From Clostridiales bacterium (GTDB taxonomy: Bacteria; Bacillota; Clostridia; Christensenellales; DTU072): a DNA stretch of 64,000 bases. Below are positions 1-9,106 of the stretch, in pieces. The DNA lies in NCBI GenBank assembly GCA_012841525.1, contig DUUO01000015.1, positions 18,924 through 82,923 on the forward strand, in the 5' to 3' direction. Numbering within the stretch: the first letter of the stretch is position 1; each line of letters opens with the position of its first letter. Under the pieces are notes generated by a model. The model did not search any database. It was not told the DNA's origin and saw only the letters and a program-made list of their open reading frames with translations. Made by a program: the position numbers and the translations under genes.

Positions 1-61
1 TAGCTTTTTCTGTTGCGATGTTAACTGGCTCCACTCCTTTAATTTTTTTCTTATTTGCCAT
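1..61 (-). CDS. 5' end of an unidentified gene (partial, continues past the window start)
   Basis: ATG at 61..59 on the minus strand, preceded by GGAGAG (reverse complement of 67..72). The frame reads MANKKKIKGVEPVNIATEKA and is open to the window edge. Too short to assign a family. Confidence 0.4.
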   Translation of the reverse strand, partial: MANKKKIKGVEPVNIATEKA

Positions 62-367
62 TTATACTCTCCATTACTTAAATGTTTGTTTTGTGTTATA
101 TAACATTGATGTTATTTAATTATAGAGTGAAAAAGTCTACAAGTCAAAAATAGATTTAAAATAAAATAACATAATATTTATTTCAAAAATTATTAATGCT
201 CATTGTAAGATTTCTACTGCACAAATTTTTCATTTTATTATTAAATATTTTTATGTGTATTATACTGATTTCATCATATTTGAATAATTATAAACATTAC
301 CTCATTTTTATATTTTATACAATACACAATCCAAATATATTTGCTATTACCATTAAAACGTCAGTAT

Positions 368-1240
368 TTAATTTTTAATTTTTCTCCATATTTTTTTCTT
401 TTGTGATAACAACAAGATTACAACTGATAAAATTAAAACTATAATGCCAATTCCTATCGACAATCCATACCAAAATGCAGGGTTTGGAGTTGTTTGAGTA
501 AAAACTATATCTTTATTTTTTATTTGACCGCCATTTGTATAATACTTATGCACATAAAGATTTGTAGTTTTATCTTTATATGATATGTCAGCATTTGTCG
601 TTAATCTCTTGAAACTATATGGGTAGATATATGTTTCAGTATATAAAAATCTATCTTTATTTGAATCAACACCTTTATCTTGATTTGAATCAATATCTTT
701 AAATATTTCAATACACCTTGCTATTTTTTCACTTTCTATATTTGCAAAAAATGAAGATGAATGAGATACTATTTTATCATAAACTACTCCATTTATTTTT
801 TCATATGTGTAATTTGGCTTATCTAAATCAGTAATTCCATTTCTAATATGCATTTCTTCATAATTAGTATATCGACTCAAGACAATTTCCACTTTGCTTC
901 TTGGAGTTATTGGTTCCTTTTTTATTTGTGTTTCAGAAAACTCTTTTTTAATTTTTGCAATTGCCTCATATGATTGTGATAAAAAATCTTCAAGTTTTAA
1001 CATATAATCAGTTTTATGATTTTCATATGAGTCTTCATCAATTTTAAAAATTAAAACAGTCTCAATTTCACCGTTTTTGCTAACTGTTTTTTTAATTTCT
1101 ACAAAAGCATAGTAATCATCTATATTTATTTCATCATTTACTTTTTCACTTGCTAATGCGAAAAAAGATGTAGCATTAAAAATGCTAAATATTATTACAA
1201 AAACAACAAAAACGATTATAAAATATTTGCCTTTTTTCAT
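368..1240 (-). CDS. hypothetical membrane protein with an N-terminal signal/anchor helix and a C-terminal TM helix plus basic tail
   Basis: 290-aa ORF. N-terminus is KYFIIVFVVFVIIFSIF and the C-terminus is WYGLSIGIGIIVLILSVVILLLSQKKKIWRKIKN. Its ATG overlaps the pepF stop (ATGA at 1237..1240). No family motif recognised. Confidence 0.6.
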   Translation of the reverse strand: MKKGKYFIIVFVVFVIIFSIFNATSFFALASEKVNDEINIDDYYAFVEIKKTVSKNGEIETVLIFKIDEDSYENHKTDYMLKLEDFLSQSYEAIAKIKKEFSETQIKKEPITPRSKVEIVLSRYTNYEEMHIRNGITDLDKPNYTYEKINGVVYDKIVSHSSSFFANIESEKIARCIEIFKDIDSNQDKGVDSNKDRFLYTETYIYPYSFKRLTTNADISYKDKTTNLYVHKYYTNGGQIKNKDIVFTQTTPNPAFWYGLSIGIGIIVLILSVVILLLSQKKKIWRKIKN

Positions 1241-2988
1241 AGCGATGCAAATTCTTTAAGTGTACTTTCAAATTCATTTAAAGCAGTAATAAATGGAGTT
1301 TCTGTCTCTAAATCAACACCTACATTTTTTAACAATTCAACAGGATAATCAGAACCACCAGAAGATAAAAAATCTTTATATTTTTTTACATATGTCGAAT
1401 CCGAAAGCAAGTTGCAAGCAATAGTTATTGCACTTGTTAATCCTGTAGCATATTTATATACATAAAAAGCGGAATAAAAATGTGGAACTCTTGCCCATTC
1501 ATACGCAATTTCTTTGTTGTGCTTTACTCCTTTACCATAGTACTTTTTATTTAATTTTAAATACTCTTTATTTAACATTTCTCCAGTTAAAGGTATCCCA
1601 TTTTCATATTTTTTGTGGGCTAAATATTCAAATTCAGCAAACATTGTTTGTCTAAATAATGTAGTTCTAAACATTTCCAAATAATAATTTAAAAGATATT
1701 TTTTTTGCTCTCCTTTTGCATTTTGTAGCATATACTTTAAGACTAAAACTTCATTTACCGTACTTGCAACTTCTGCCACAAAAATAGAATATCCAGCTTT
1801 TTCATAGCATTGTGTAGAATCAGAATAATATGAATGCATAGAATGACCTAATTCATGAGCAAGAGTAAATACATCATTTAAAGTGTTAGAATAATTAAGT
1901 AGTAAATATGGTGGTGAAGTATAACAACCCCATGAATAAGCACCACTTCTTTTCCCTCGTAAAGGATATACATCTATCCAGCCTTCACTAAATGCTTTAT
2001 CTAATAAATTTTGATAATCTTTCCCTAATGGAAGCAAGCCTTTTTTAACAATTTCAATCGCATCTTCATAGGAATAATCTTTTGACTCTGCTTGAATAAG
2101 TGGAACATACATATCCCACATATTCATTTCATCTAAGCCTAAAAATTTCTTTCTAAGGTTTACATAATCGTGCAATGTCGGAAGATATTTATTAACACTA
2201 TTTAATAGGTTTTCATAAACGCAAGATTTTACATTGTCAGAATATAAAGATTTACTCAAAGCATTTTCAAATTTTCTAATTTTTGCTATACTGCAATCTT
2301 TTTTAACGGAAGCAATGTATGTGCTTGAAATTGTGTTTTTATATGCGATGTAGCCTTTATAATATTTTTTAAAAGCTCTTTCTCTAAGTACCCTATCAAA
2401 ACTTTTTAAATGTCTAGAATAAATTGCATGGTCTAATTTATGACTATTTCCTTTCGAGTCTTTTATGTTTGAGTATTTTAAGTCTGCATTATCAAACATT
2501 TGAAATATTTTTTTGAAATCTGTAGTAAACGCCGAAATTTGTGATAAAAGTTCCTCCATATCTTTGCTTAATATATGTTTTTTATTTCTCAAAATTTCTT
2601 TTAAATAAAAATCATAATTTTCATATCTTTTGTCAGATATCATTTTTTCTAAATCTTGAGATGAAAAAGCAGCAATTTCTGGATTAATAAAAGCAGTTGC
2701 AGTAGAAAAATCAGTTAATAATTTTTCCACAATTTCAGTTTCTGCTTGATATTTTGGATTTCCCAAATCTAAGTCCCTATTTAAACTTGCGTAAACGTAT
2801 ACGGCTTCGATAGATTTAGAAATTTCACTTTCTTTTTCTAAACATAAATATGCATTTTCTGGATTTAATTTAGACTTAAATTTTTCAAATAAATTAATTT
2901 GAGAATAAATTTCATTTAATTTATCCTTATATTCCTTTTCAGTTTCAAAAATTTTTGTTAAGTCCCAAGTGGTTGATTTTTTACTCAT
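1237..2988 (-). CDS. pepF: oligoendopeptidase F (M3B metallopeptidase)
   Basis: 583 aa with the zinc motif HELGH (TLAHELGHSMHSYYS). Length and overall layout are typical of PepF. Confidence 0.9.
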   Translation of the reverse strand: MSKKSTTWDLTKIFETEKEYKDKLNEIYSQINLFEKFKSKLNPENAYLCLEKESEISKSIEAVYVYASLNRDLDLGNPKYQAETEIVEKLLTDFSTATAFINPEIAAFSSQDLEKMISDKRYENYDFYLKEILRNKKHILSKDMEELLSQISAFTTDFKKIFQMFDNADLKYSNIKDSKGNSHKLDHAIYSRHLKSFDRVLRERAFKKYYKGYIAYKNTISSTYIASVKKDCSIAKIRKFENALSKSLYSDNVKSCVYENLLNSVNKYLPTLHDYVNLRKKFLGLDEMNMWDMYVPLIQAESKDYSYEDAIEIVKKGLLPLGKDYQNLLDKAFSEGWIDVYPLRGKRSGAYSWGCYTSPPYLLLNYSNTLNDVFTLAHELGHSMHSYYSDSTQCYEKAGYSIFVAEVASTVNEVLVLKYMLQNAKGEQKKYLLNYYLEMFRTTLFRQTMFAEFEYLAHKKYENGIPLTGEMLNKEYLKLNKKYYGKGVKHNKEIAYEWARVPHFYSAFYVYKYATGLTSAITIACNLLSDSTYVKKYKDFLSSGGSDYPVELLKNVGVDLETETPFITALNEFESTLKEFASL

Positions 2989-3022
2989 TTTCTCTCTTTT
3001 AGAATGTTGGTTATATTTAACT

Positions 3023-3058
3023 TTTATAAAGTCAGCAACATTTATAAAGTCAGCAACA
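3023..3058. repeat. perfect 18-bp tandem duplication (TTTATAAAGTCAGCAACA x2) upstream of pepF
   Basis: Read directly: 3023..3040 is identical to 3041..3058. Confidence 0.95.
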
Positions 3059-3196
3059 TTTTTTAATGTGCTTACACTTGATTAAACTTTAATAACATCT
3101 AAAATTATGTCTATTTTTTAACATGATTACACTTATTTTATTTTAACAAAATCTAATGCTTTCTTTTTTTTAATATACAAACAAAGTTAAACTATA

Positions 3197-4615
3197 TTAT
3201 TTATTGTGCAATAATTTTTGCTTTAACTCATAAAGTTTTGGAGATAAGTCCACTTTGTATATATGCGGATTTAATCTTCTTGTATATTCACTCCAAATTT
3301 CTTTGTTTCTTTCTTTTGAATATTTAACTATTTCATTTATTTTTGGAAGTTCATATACAAGTTTGCCTTTTTCAAAAACTTTCACCATTAAATCACGCAT
3401 TGAATATTCTTCAAGTGTCATGGTTTTCCATGTTTCTATTGGATGAAATATTGTCAAAGGTTTAGTAGTATCAAATTTTTCTTCTCTAAGTGCTATTAAA
3501 TCTGCTACAGCCATACCATCTTTGTCATATATACGATATGTTGTTTTAAATCCTGGGTTAGTAGTTTTTTCTTGAGAATCAGAAACTTTTATTTTTGGCA
3601 CTAAATTTTTGTTTGCATCTTCGATTGCACTTAATTTATACACACCACCAAGTGAAGGATTGTCGTATGATGTAATTAATTTTGTTCCTATACCCCAAGA
3701 ATCAATTTTTGCACCTTGAGCGTTTAAACTTGCAATAATATTTTCATCGATATCGCCAGAAGCAACTATTTTTGCATTTGGGAAACCTGCTGCATCTAAC
3801 ATTTTACGTGCTTGCTTAGACAAATATGCCAAATCTCCACTATCTAATCTAATACCAAGTGGCTCATAGCCTTGTTTTCTTAATTTTTCAAAAACTTTTA
3901 TGGCATTAGGAACGCCACTCCTCAAAGTATCATAAGTATCTACTAAAAGAATGCATTTTGTTGGATATAGCTTTGCATAATGCTCAAATGCTTCAAGCTC
4001 ACTATCAAAGCTCATAATCCAGCTGTGAGAATGAGTTCCACTTACTGGTATATCAAACAATTTTCCTGCTAAAACATTAGAAGTAGATGTACAACCACCT
4101 ATAATACTTGCTCTGGAGCCATATACCCCAGCACCTGGACCTTGCGCCCTTCTTAAGCCGAACTCAGATACTTCACCTTTTGTTTCTTGCGTAACTTTAT
4201 ATGCCTTTGTTGCAATTAAGGTTTGGTGGTTAATTATTGTTAAAAGTGCAGTTTCAACTAGTTGTGCTTGAGATAAAGGAGCCTTTACAATCAATATAGG
4301 TTCTTGAGGAAAAACTATTTCACCTTCTCTTACAGCATAAACATCTCCAGTAAACTTAAAGTCTTTTATTTTTTTAAAAAACTTTTCACTAAATGTATTT
4401 AACGATTTCAAATATTCAATATCTGAATCTGTAAAAGTTAAATTTTGCAAATATTCAACGGCTTGTTCAAGCCCTGCAACAACAGCAAAATCTTCGCCCC
4501 CTGGCTGTTTTCTGAAAAACAAATCAAATACTACCTCAGTATCTGCAATATTATTTTCAAAATAACCATTCATCATTGTCAATTGATACAAATCTGTCAA
4601 TAGTGCTTTTTCCAT
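3197..4615 (-). CDS. pncB: nicotinate phosphoribosyltransferase
   Basis: 472 aa. The N-terminus LLTDLYQLTMMNGYF is the classic NAPRTase signature, and the length is typical. Confidence 0.9.
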   Translation of the reverse strand: MEKALLTDLYQLTMMNGYFENNIADTEVVFDLFFRKQPGGEDFAVVAGLEQAVEYLQNLTFTDSDIEYLKSLNTFSEKFFKKIKDFKFTGDVYAVREGEIVFPQEPILIVKAPLSQAQLVETALLTIINHQTLIATKAYKVTQETKGEVSEFGLRRAQGPGAGVYGSRASIIGGCTSTSNVLAGKLFDIPVSGTHSHSWIMSFDSELEAFEHYAKLYPTKCILLVDTYDTLRSGVPNAIKVFEKLRKQGYEPLGIRLDSGDLAYLSKQARKMLDAAGFPNAKIVASGDIDENIIASLNAQGAKIDSWGIGTKLITSYDNPSLGGVYKLSAIEDANKNLVPKIKVSDSQEKTTNPGFKTTYRIYDKDGMAVADLIALREEKFDTTKPLTIFHPIETWKTMTLEEYSMRDLMVKVFEKGKLVYELPKINEIVKYSKERNKEIWSEYTRRLNPHIYKVDLSPKLYELKQKLLHNK

Positions 4616-4751
4616 TTTTCATCTCACATGATAATGTTGTTTGAATTTAACTAAAGAAGTTAGCAACACTAATTTATATTTTTTTAATTAATCAAATTTT
4701 TATTTTAATATATTTTTTCTATATATGTTTTTATACTAATCTATGTTTTCT

Positions 4752-5654
4752 CTACATGTTTTTGGCTTCTTCTTCGGTAATATTGTAATTTATCATAATT
4801 TTAAGATTTTCAGGCACACCTTTTGGATACCAAATTATTTCGCCATTTTTTTGAGCAGAAATTAATCTATATGCAAAAATTACTGATAGAATAATCGTCG
4901 ATATTGCAGTAAAAATTAAATTTGCACGTACAACACTGTCTACTGATGGTCCACCATCTCTAGTAAAATCCATTAAAAATCTGATAAAACTATAACCAAT
5001 TGCATACATTAATATGCCTGAACCTTTTAACCTTAATCTTTTTTGTATTATCAATATAATGGCGAAAAATAATATATCTAAAACCATTTCATAAAAAAAC
5101 GCTGCTTGATAAAAACCAGATCCTTGCTTTCCAAATGGGATATATACTGCAAGTGGAAACCATTGAGCCTTTGGATTAGTTATAAGTTTTCCATATATTT
5201 CTTGATTCATAAAATTGCCCCAACGACCAAGACCTTGTGCCAATAAAACAACTGGTAAAACGATATCAGCTAATGCCCAAAAATCAACTTTTTTCGCTTT
5301 ACACCATATATAGCCTCCAAGAAAACCAAATGGAACGCCAGTCATTATCGTCAAACCGCCCTCTTTTAAGTTAAATATATCCTTCAAGCCTTCCCAACTT
5401 GAAAAATAATAAGGTCTTATTAATACAAATCCAAGTCTAGCACCTATAATAGCAAGTGGTATACAAATAATAAAAAGCTCTACAAAACTCTCTGATGAAA
5501 GACCATATTTCTTTCCCCTGTATATACTAACTATTAACGCTATTACCATAGCGCAGGTCAGTATTATTCCATACCAAGCTACTTCAAAACTTTTTGAGCC
5601 AATATCAAAACTAAATGCGATTCTATCAAGGTCTGCTGTCCAATGAGTAGTCAT
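4752..5654 (-). CDS. lgt: prolipoprotein diacylglyceryl transferase
   Basis: 300-aa polytopic membrane protein with the Lgt motif GRWGNFMNQEIYG. Starts 8 nt after the galK stop. Confidence 0.9.
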   Translation of the reverse strand: MTTHWTADLDRIAFSFDIGSKSFEVAWYGIILTCAMVIALIVSIYRGKKYGLSSESFVELFIICIPLAIIGARLGFVLIRPYYFSSWEGLKDIFNLKEGGLTIMTGVPFGFLGGYIWCKAKKVDFWALADIVLPVVLLAQGLGRWGNFMNQEIYGKLITNPKAQWFPLAVYIPFGKQGSGFYQAAFFYEMVLDILFFAIILIIQKRLRLKGSGILMYAIGYSFIRFLMDFTRDGGPSVDSVVRANLIFTAISTIILSVIFAYRLISAQKNGEIIWYPKGVPENLKIMINYNITEEEAKNM

Positions 5655-5662
5655 AATTACCT

Positions 5663-6925
5663 CTAAATATCAAGCTTACAGGCTCCAAAATTACGAATTT
5701 TTAATGAATATATATTTTCTAAACCAAAAACTTGACTCATCTTTTTTGTAAATTCTTTTTCTTTATCAAGCGTTATAAATACAAGTATTGTACCCGCAAA
5801 GCCACCACCATGAACCCTATAAGCACTTGCACCAAATTTTTCACTTAATGCTAATGCAAGTGGTATTGGTTGAGATCTATCATTTGGCGAATGTACATTT
5901 TGTAATTTCATATATGAAGATAAACCTGAACTAGTTATTAAACTTAAAAACATCTCTTCATCATTTGTTTTTATAGCATCCATTATTTTTTCAACTCTTT
6001 TGTTTTCTTCAAAATAATGAATTGCCCTTAGCAGTGCACGTCCTGCAAATTTTTTCTCTAACATTTGTGGAATGTTTTTATAAAATTCATCTTCATCAAC
6101 AAAACGCAATTTTTCTTTATTAAAAAAATCTGCAACTTGTTCCATTTCACTTCTAATAAAAGCATAATCATCAATTAAATCAGAATGATCACCGCCACAA
6201 TTAATTACACAAACATCTAAATTATCAAACTCCCAATTCATTTTAGTAACCAATGGATTTTTAGAATCTTTAAAATCAATGTAACTAATTCCACCAAAAG
6301 CAATTGCAGATTGATCCATAAGGCCAGATGGCTTACCAAAATAAACATTTTCAGCATATTGCGAAATTATAGCCTTATCTACATCTTTTATTTTAGATTC
6401 GTTATAGTATACATTTAGTATTTCACAAATCAATACTTCAAATGCTGCTGATGAACTCATGCCAGCACCTTTAAATATGTCAGATGTTGTCGTTGCATAA
6501 AAACCACCAATTTTAAAGCCTCTATCAATAAACCCTTTCAAAACTCCCCTAACCAAGGCCTCACTTGTCCCATATTCATCTTCTTTTACATCAAGATCAT
6601 TAATGTCAACTTCTACTAATGGATATCCGACACTATCTACAATAATTTTTCCATTTATTGGATTTACGACAGCTAGCAAATCAACTGAAACAGCGGCACA
6701 AATAACTTTTCCATTATTATGGTCAGTATGATTGCCCGCAACTTCAATTCTACCTGGTGAACTGAAAATACTTGTATCTTTATCTGAATTAAATTTTTTA
6801 GAATGTATTTCATACAATGAAGCAAGTCTTTTTGCTGCTTGATTTGTTGGAACATTATAAATTTTATTTGAAACTTCTAAAAATTTAGGATTTTTTAACA
6901 AATTTTCTAATGAATAAATTGACAT
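5663..6925 (-). CDS. galK: galactokinase-family GHMP sugar kinase
   Basis: Motifs GRIEVAGNHTDHNNG (galactokinase signature) and GAGMSSSAA (GHMP ATP loop). The ORF track starts at a TTG at 6940; I prefer the ATG at 6925, which follows GGAGAG with a 7-nt spacer. Confidence 0.85.
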   Translation of the reverse strand: MSIYSLENLLKNPKFLEVSNKIYNVPTNQAAKRLASLYEIHSKKFNSDKDTSIFSSPGRIEVAGNHTDHNNGKVICAAVSVDLLAVVNPINGKIIVDSVGYPLVEVDINDLDVKEDEYGTSEALVRGVLKGFIDRGFKIGGFYATTTSDIFKGAGMSSSAAFEVLICEILNVYYNESKIKDVDKAIISQYAENVYFGKPSGLMDQSAIAFGGISYIDFKDSKNPLVTKMNWEFDNLDVCVINCGGDHSDLIDDYAFIRSEMEQVADFFNKEKLRFVDEDEFYKNIPQMLEKKFAGRALLRAIHYFEENKRVEKIMDAIKTNDEEMFLSLITSSGLSSYMKLQNVHSPNDRSQPIPLALALSEKFGASAYRVHGGGFAGTILVFITLDKEKEFTKKMSQVFGLENIYSLKIRNFGACKLDI

Positions 6926-7152
6926 TTTCGCACTCTCCAAAAAATGAATATATAATAATAATTATAGCAATTAAGTATATTGTTTTCAATTTAATTTATT
7001 TAAAATATTAAATATATAGATTGAAAATACATCTGAAGAGAAACGCCTACAAATTCCAAAAGAGATATAACGCAAAAAAACAAGCACTTTGAATCAAAAT
7101 TTCATCATAATAAAAGCAAGTTAACTTTTTGTGAGAATGAGAGCATATATAT

Positions 7153-7294
7153 AAAGTTTTTTATCATATTGAAGTTTTCATCATATTGAAGTTTTCATCA
7201 TATTGAAGTTTTCATCATATTGAAGTTTTCATCATATTGAAGTTTTCATCATATTAAAGTTTTTTCATTATGTTAAAGTTTTTTCATTATGTTA
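7153..7294. repeat. tandem array of five perfect 17-bp units (ATCATATTGAAGTTTTC) flanked by 19-bp variant units, in the divergent galK/galT intergenic region
   Basis: The perfect units are 7163..7179, 7180..7196, 7197..7213, 7214..7230 and 7231..7247. The variants are 7248..7266 and 7267..7285 (ATTATGTTAAAGTTTTTTC type), with partial units at both ends. Confidence 0.95.
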
Positions 7295-7435
7295 CTAATA
7301 CCAATCTTCAATTAACACAATCACATATATTGAGAAATTATATTTTATTCAATTTTTATATAATAAGGTGCACTTTTTATTGTAAATTTGATATTATTAT
7401 ATTACAAAACAAAATTAATTTTTAAAGGGATAAAA

Positions 7436-8977
7436 ATGAGCAAAGAAACAAAATTAGAAATAAATAAACATATTGCAAATCTTATTGAATATGCAGTTTT
7501 AGAAATGGATTTAGATAAATATGATGCTATTTTTGCACATAATACTCTATTGGACTTATTCAAACTAGATACCCCCTCTACCCCTTCAAAAAAACTTCCA
7601 GAATTTCAAACTGGAATTATTGATCCAATAGTTGATTATGCAATAAAAAATAATTTATGTGATGAAAACGAAAGAATCATATTTGAAACGAAGGTTATGG
7701 GCATAGTTACACCCCCTACTAGTGTAGTAATTAATAACTTTGATTCTATTGCTGCAACCAATGGTATACAAAGTGCAACAGACTATTTACTAAACATTAG
7801 TGTTAAAAGCAATTATATAAGAACAGTTGATATTGATAAAAATATTAAATGGGAAGCAAAAGGAAAATATGGTGATTTAGTAGTTACTATAAATCTATCA
7901 AAACCAGAAAAAGACAATAAGCAAGTTGCCCTTGCAAGAAGTTTACCACAAACTGGTTATCCTAAATGTGTGATATGTTTAGAAAATTTGGGTTTCCCTG
8001 GTAATTTAGCAAAAAATGCAAGACAAACTTTAAGAGTAATACCATTATTACTAAATGATGAAGAATGGTTTTTACAATTTTCACCCTATGTATATTTTGA
8101 TAATCATTGTTTAGCAATATCAGAAAAACACACCCCAATGGAAATAAATGAAAAAACATTTATTCGTTTATGTGATTTTGTTGAAATGTTTCCACATTAT
8201 TTTATTGGTAGCAACTCTGATTTACCAATTGTTGGTGGTTCAATTTTATCTCATGAACATTATCAAGGTGGCTCAAAGGTTTTACCAATGTTAAATAGAC
8301 CTGCAAGAAAGGTTTTTAGTAGCCACAGATACGAAAATGTTAAAATATCAGTACTTGATTGGTATAACTCTGTTATTAAACTATCATCAATGAATAGGAC
8401 GCAATTACAAAATGCTGCAAATGCAATTTTAATTAATTGGCGCAACTATACTGATAAAAGTGTCGACATTCATGCAAAAACTGGAGACACACCTCATAAT
8501 ACAATTACAACAATTGCCTCTTGGGATGATGAGTTAGGATATGAACTTTACTTAATTTTAAGAAACAACAGAACTGATGAAAAACATCCTTATGGCATTT
8601 TTCATCCTACTGAAGACATGCACAATATAAAAAAGGAAGGCATTGGTTTAATTGAAGCAATGGGCGTCTTTATTTTACCAGGCAGATTAGATAAAGAAAT
8701 GAAGATGATTAAAGATATTTTAACTGGCAAAGAAAAAATCAACTTTGCTGCAATTGCAAAAGATGAACATCCCCTATCAAAGCATTTAGGTATGATTGCT
8801 CAATTAACAAATGACTATGGAACTGACCTTGATGAAGAATCTGCAGAAAAACATATTGAAACATACATAAACACAACTTGCGAAAAAATCTTAAATTGCA
8901 CTGCAGTATTCAAAAATGATGAAAAAGGACAAAAAGCATTTGCCAAATTCTTGGCAACTGTTGGCATTACTGAATAA
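7436..8977 (+). CDS. galT: galactose-1-phosphate uridylyltransferase (long Firmicutes type 2 form)
   Basis: Motifs KCVICLENLGFPGN and GGSILSHEHYQGG. The start is trimmed to the ATG at 7436 (MSKETKLE), which follows AAAGGGA; the ORF track's 7388 start adds 16 unlikely residues. Confidence 0.88.
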   Translation: MSKETKLEINKHIANLIEYAVLEMDLDKYDAIFAHNTLLDLFKLDTPSTPSKKLPEFQTGIIDPIVDYAIKNNLCDENERIIFETKVMGIVTPPTSVVINNFDSIAATNGIQSATDYLLNISVKSNYIRTVDIDKNIKWEAKGKYGDLVVTINLSKPEKDNKQVALARSLPQTGYPKCVICLENLGFPGNLAKNARQTLRVIPLLLNDEEWFLQFSPYVYFDNHCLAISEKHTPMEINEKTFIRLCDFVEMFPHYFIGSNSDLPIVGGSILSHEHYQGGSKVLPMLNRPARKVFSSHRYENVKISVLDWYNSVIKLSSMNRTQLQNAANAILINWRNYTDKSVDIHAKTGDTPHNTITTIASWDDELGYELYLILRNNRTDEKHPYGIFHPTEDMHNIKKEGIGLIEAMGVFILPGRLDKEMKMIKDILTGKEKINFAAIAKDEHPLSKHLGMIAQLTNDYGTDLDEESAEKHIETYINTTCEKILNCTAVFKNDEKGQKAFAKFLATVGITE

Positions 8978-8999
8978 AAACAAAATAAAATTATAAACA

Positions 9000-9036
9000 A
9001 AAAAACTGACTTAATGCTTTAGCAGTCAGTTTTTTG
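9000..9036 (+). terminator. candidate Rho-independent terminator after galT
   Basis: ACTGAC (9005..9010) pairs with GTCAGT (9025..9030) and is followed by a T-run. The loop is long, so only moderate confidence. Confidence 0.45.
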
Positions 9037-9106
9037 CTAAAATTGTGAATTTTATTTTAATAATATAATTTGGAAAAAAACTAGGCTATATGTTAAAATT
9101 ATCACT

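Noticed and set aside
196-378. A 60-aa plus-strand ORF in the AT-rich spacer near the window start.
   Set aside because: Hydrophobic low-complexity translation of AT-rich DNA, with no RBS.
1237-1239. Use of Mollicutes genetic code 4 (TGA = Trp), considered because of the very low GC and wall-less-like anchoring features.
   Set aside because: TGA terminates pepF in a sensible position, all long ORFs are intact under the standard code, and Trp positions are TGG.
7153-7294. Whether the 17-bp array, or the 36-bp repeats at 26380..26490, could be a CRISPR array.
   Set aside because: The units are head-to-tail with no unique spacers, are far shorter or fewer than CRISPR repeats, and no cas genes are present.
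7388-7435. N-terminal extensions proposed by the ORF track: galT from 7388, SDR from 25472, the UgtP-like gene from 13524, the RAYT-like gene from 42777, galK from a TTG at 6940 and GH20 from a TTG at 52347.
   Set aside because: In each case an internal ATG a few codons downstream is preceded by a good Shine-Dalgarno sequence (for example AAGGAGG before 25406, GGAGGA before 42756 and GGAGAG before 6925). That ATG also gives an N-terminus typical of the family.
8978-9106. An SRP (scRNA) gene upstream of dnaX, expected because Bacillus subtilis has scr-dnaX-ybaB-recR.
   Set aside because: The 129-bp gap is AT-rich and holds only a terminator-like hairpin. There is no GC-rich helix or conserved SRP domain-IV-like sequence.
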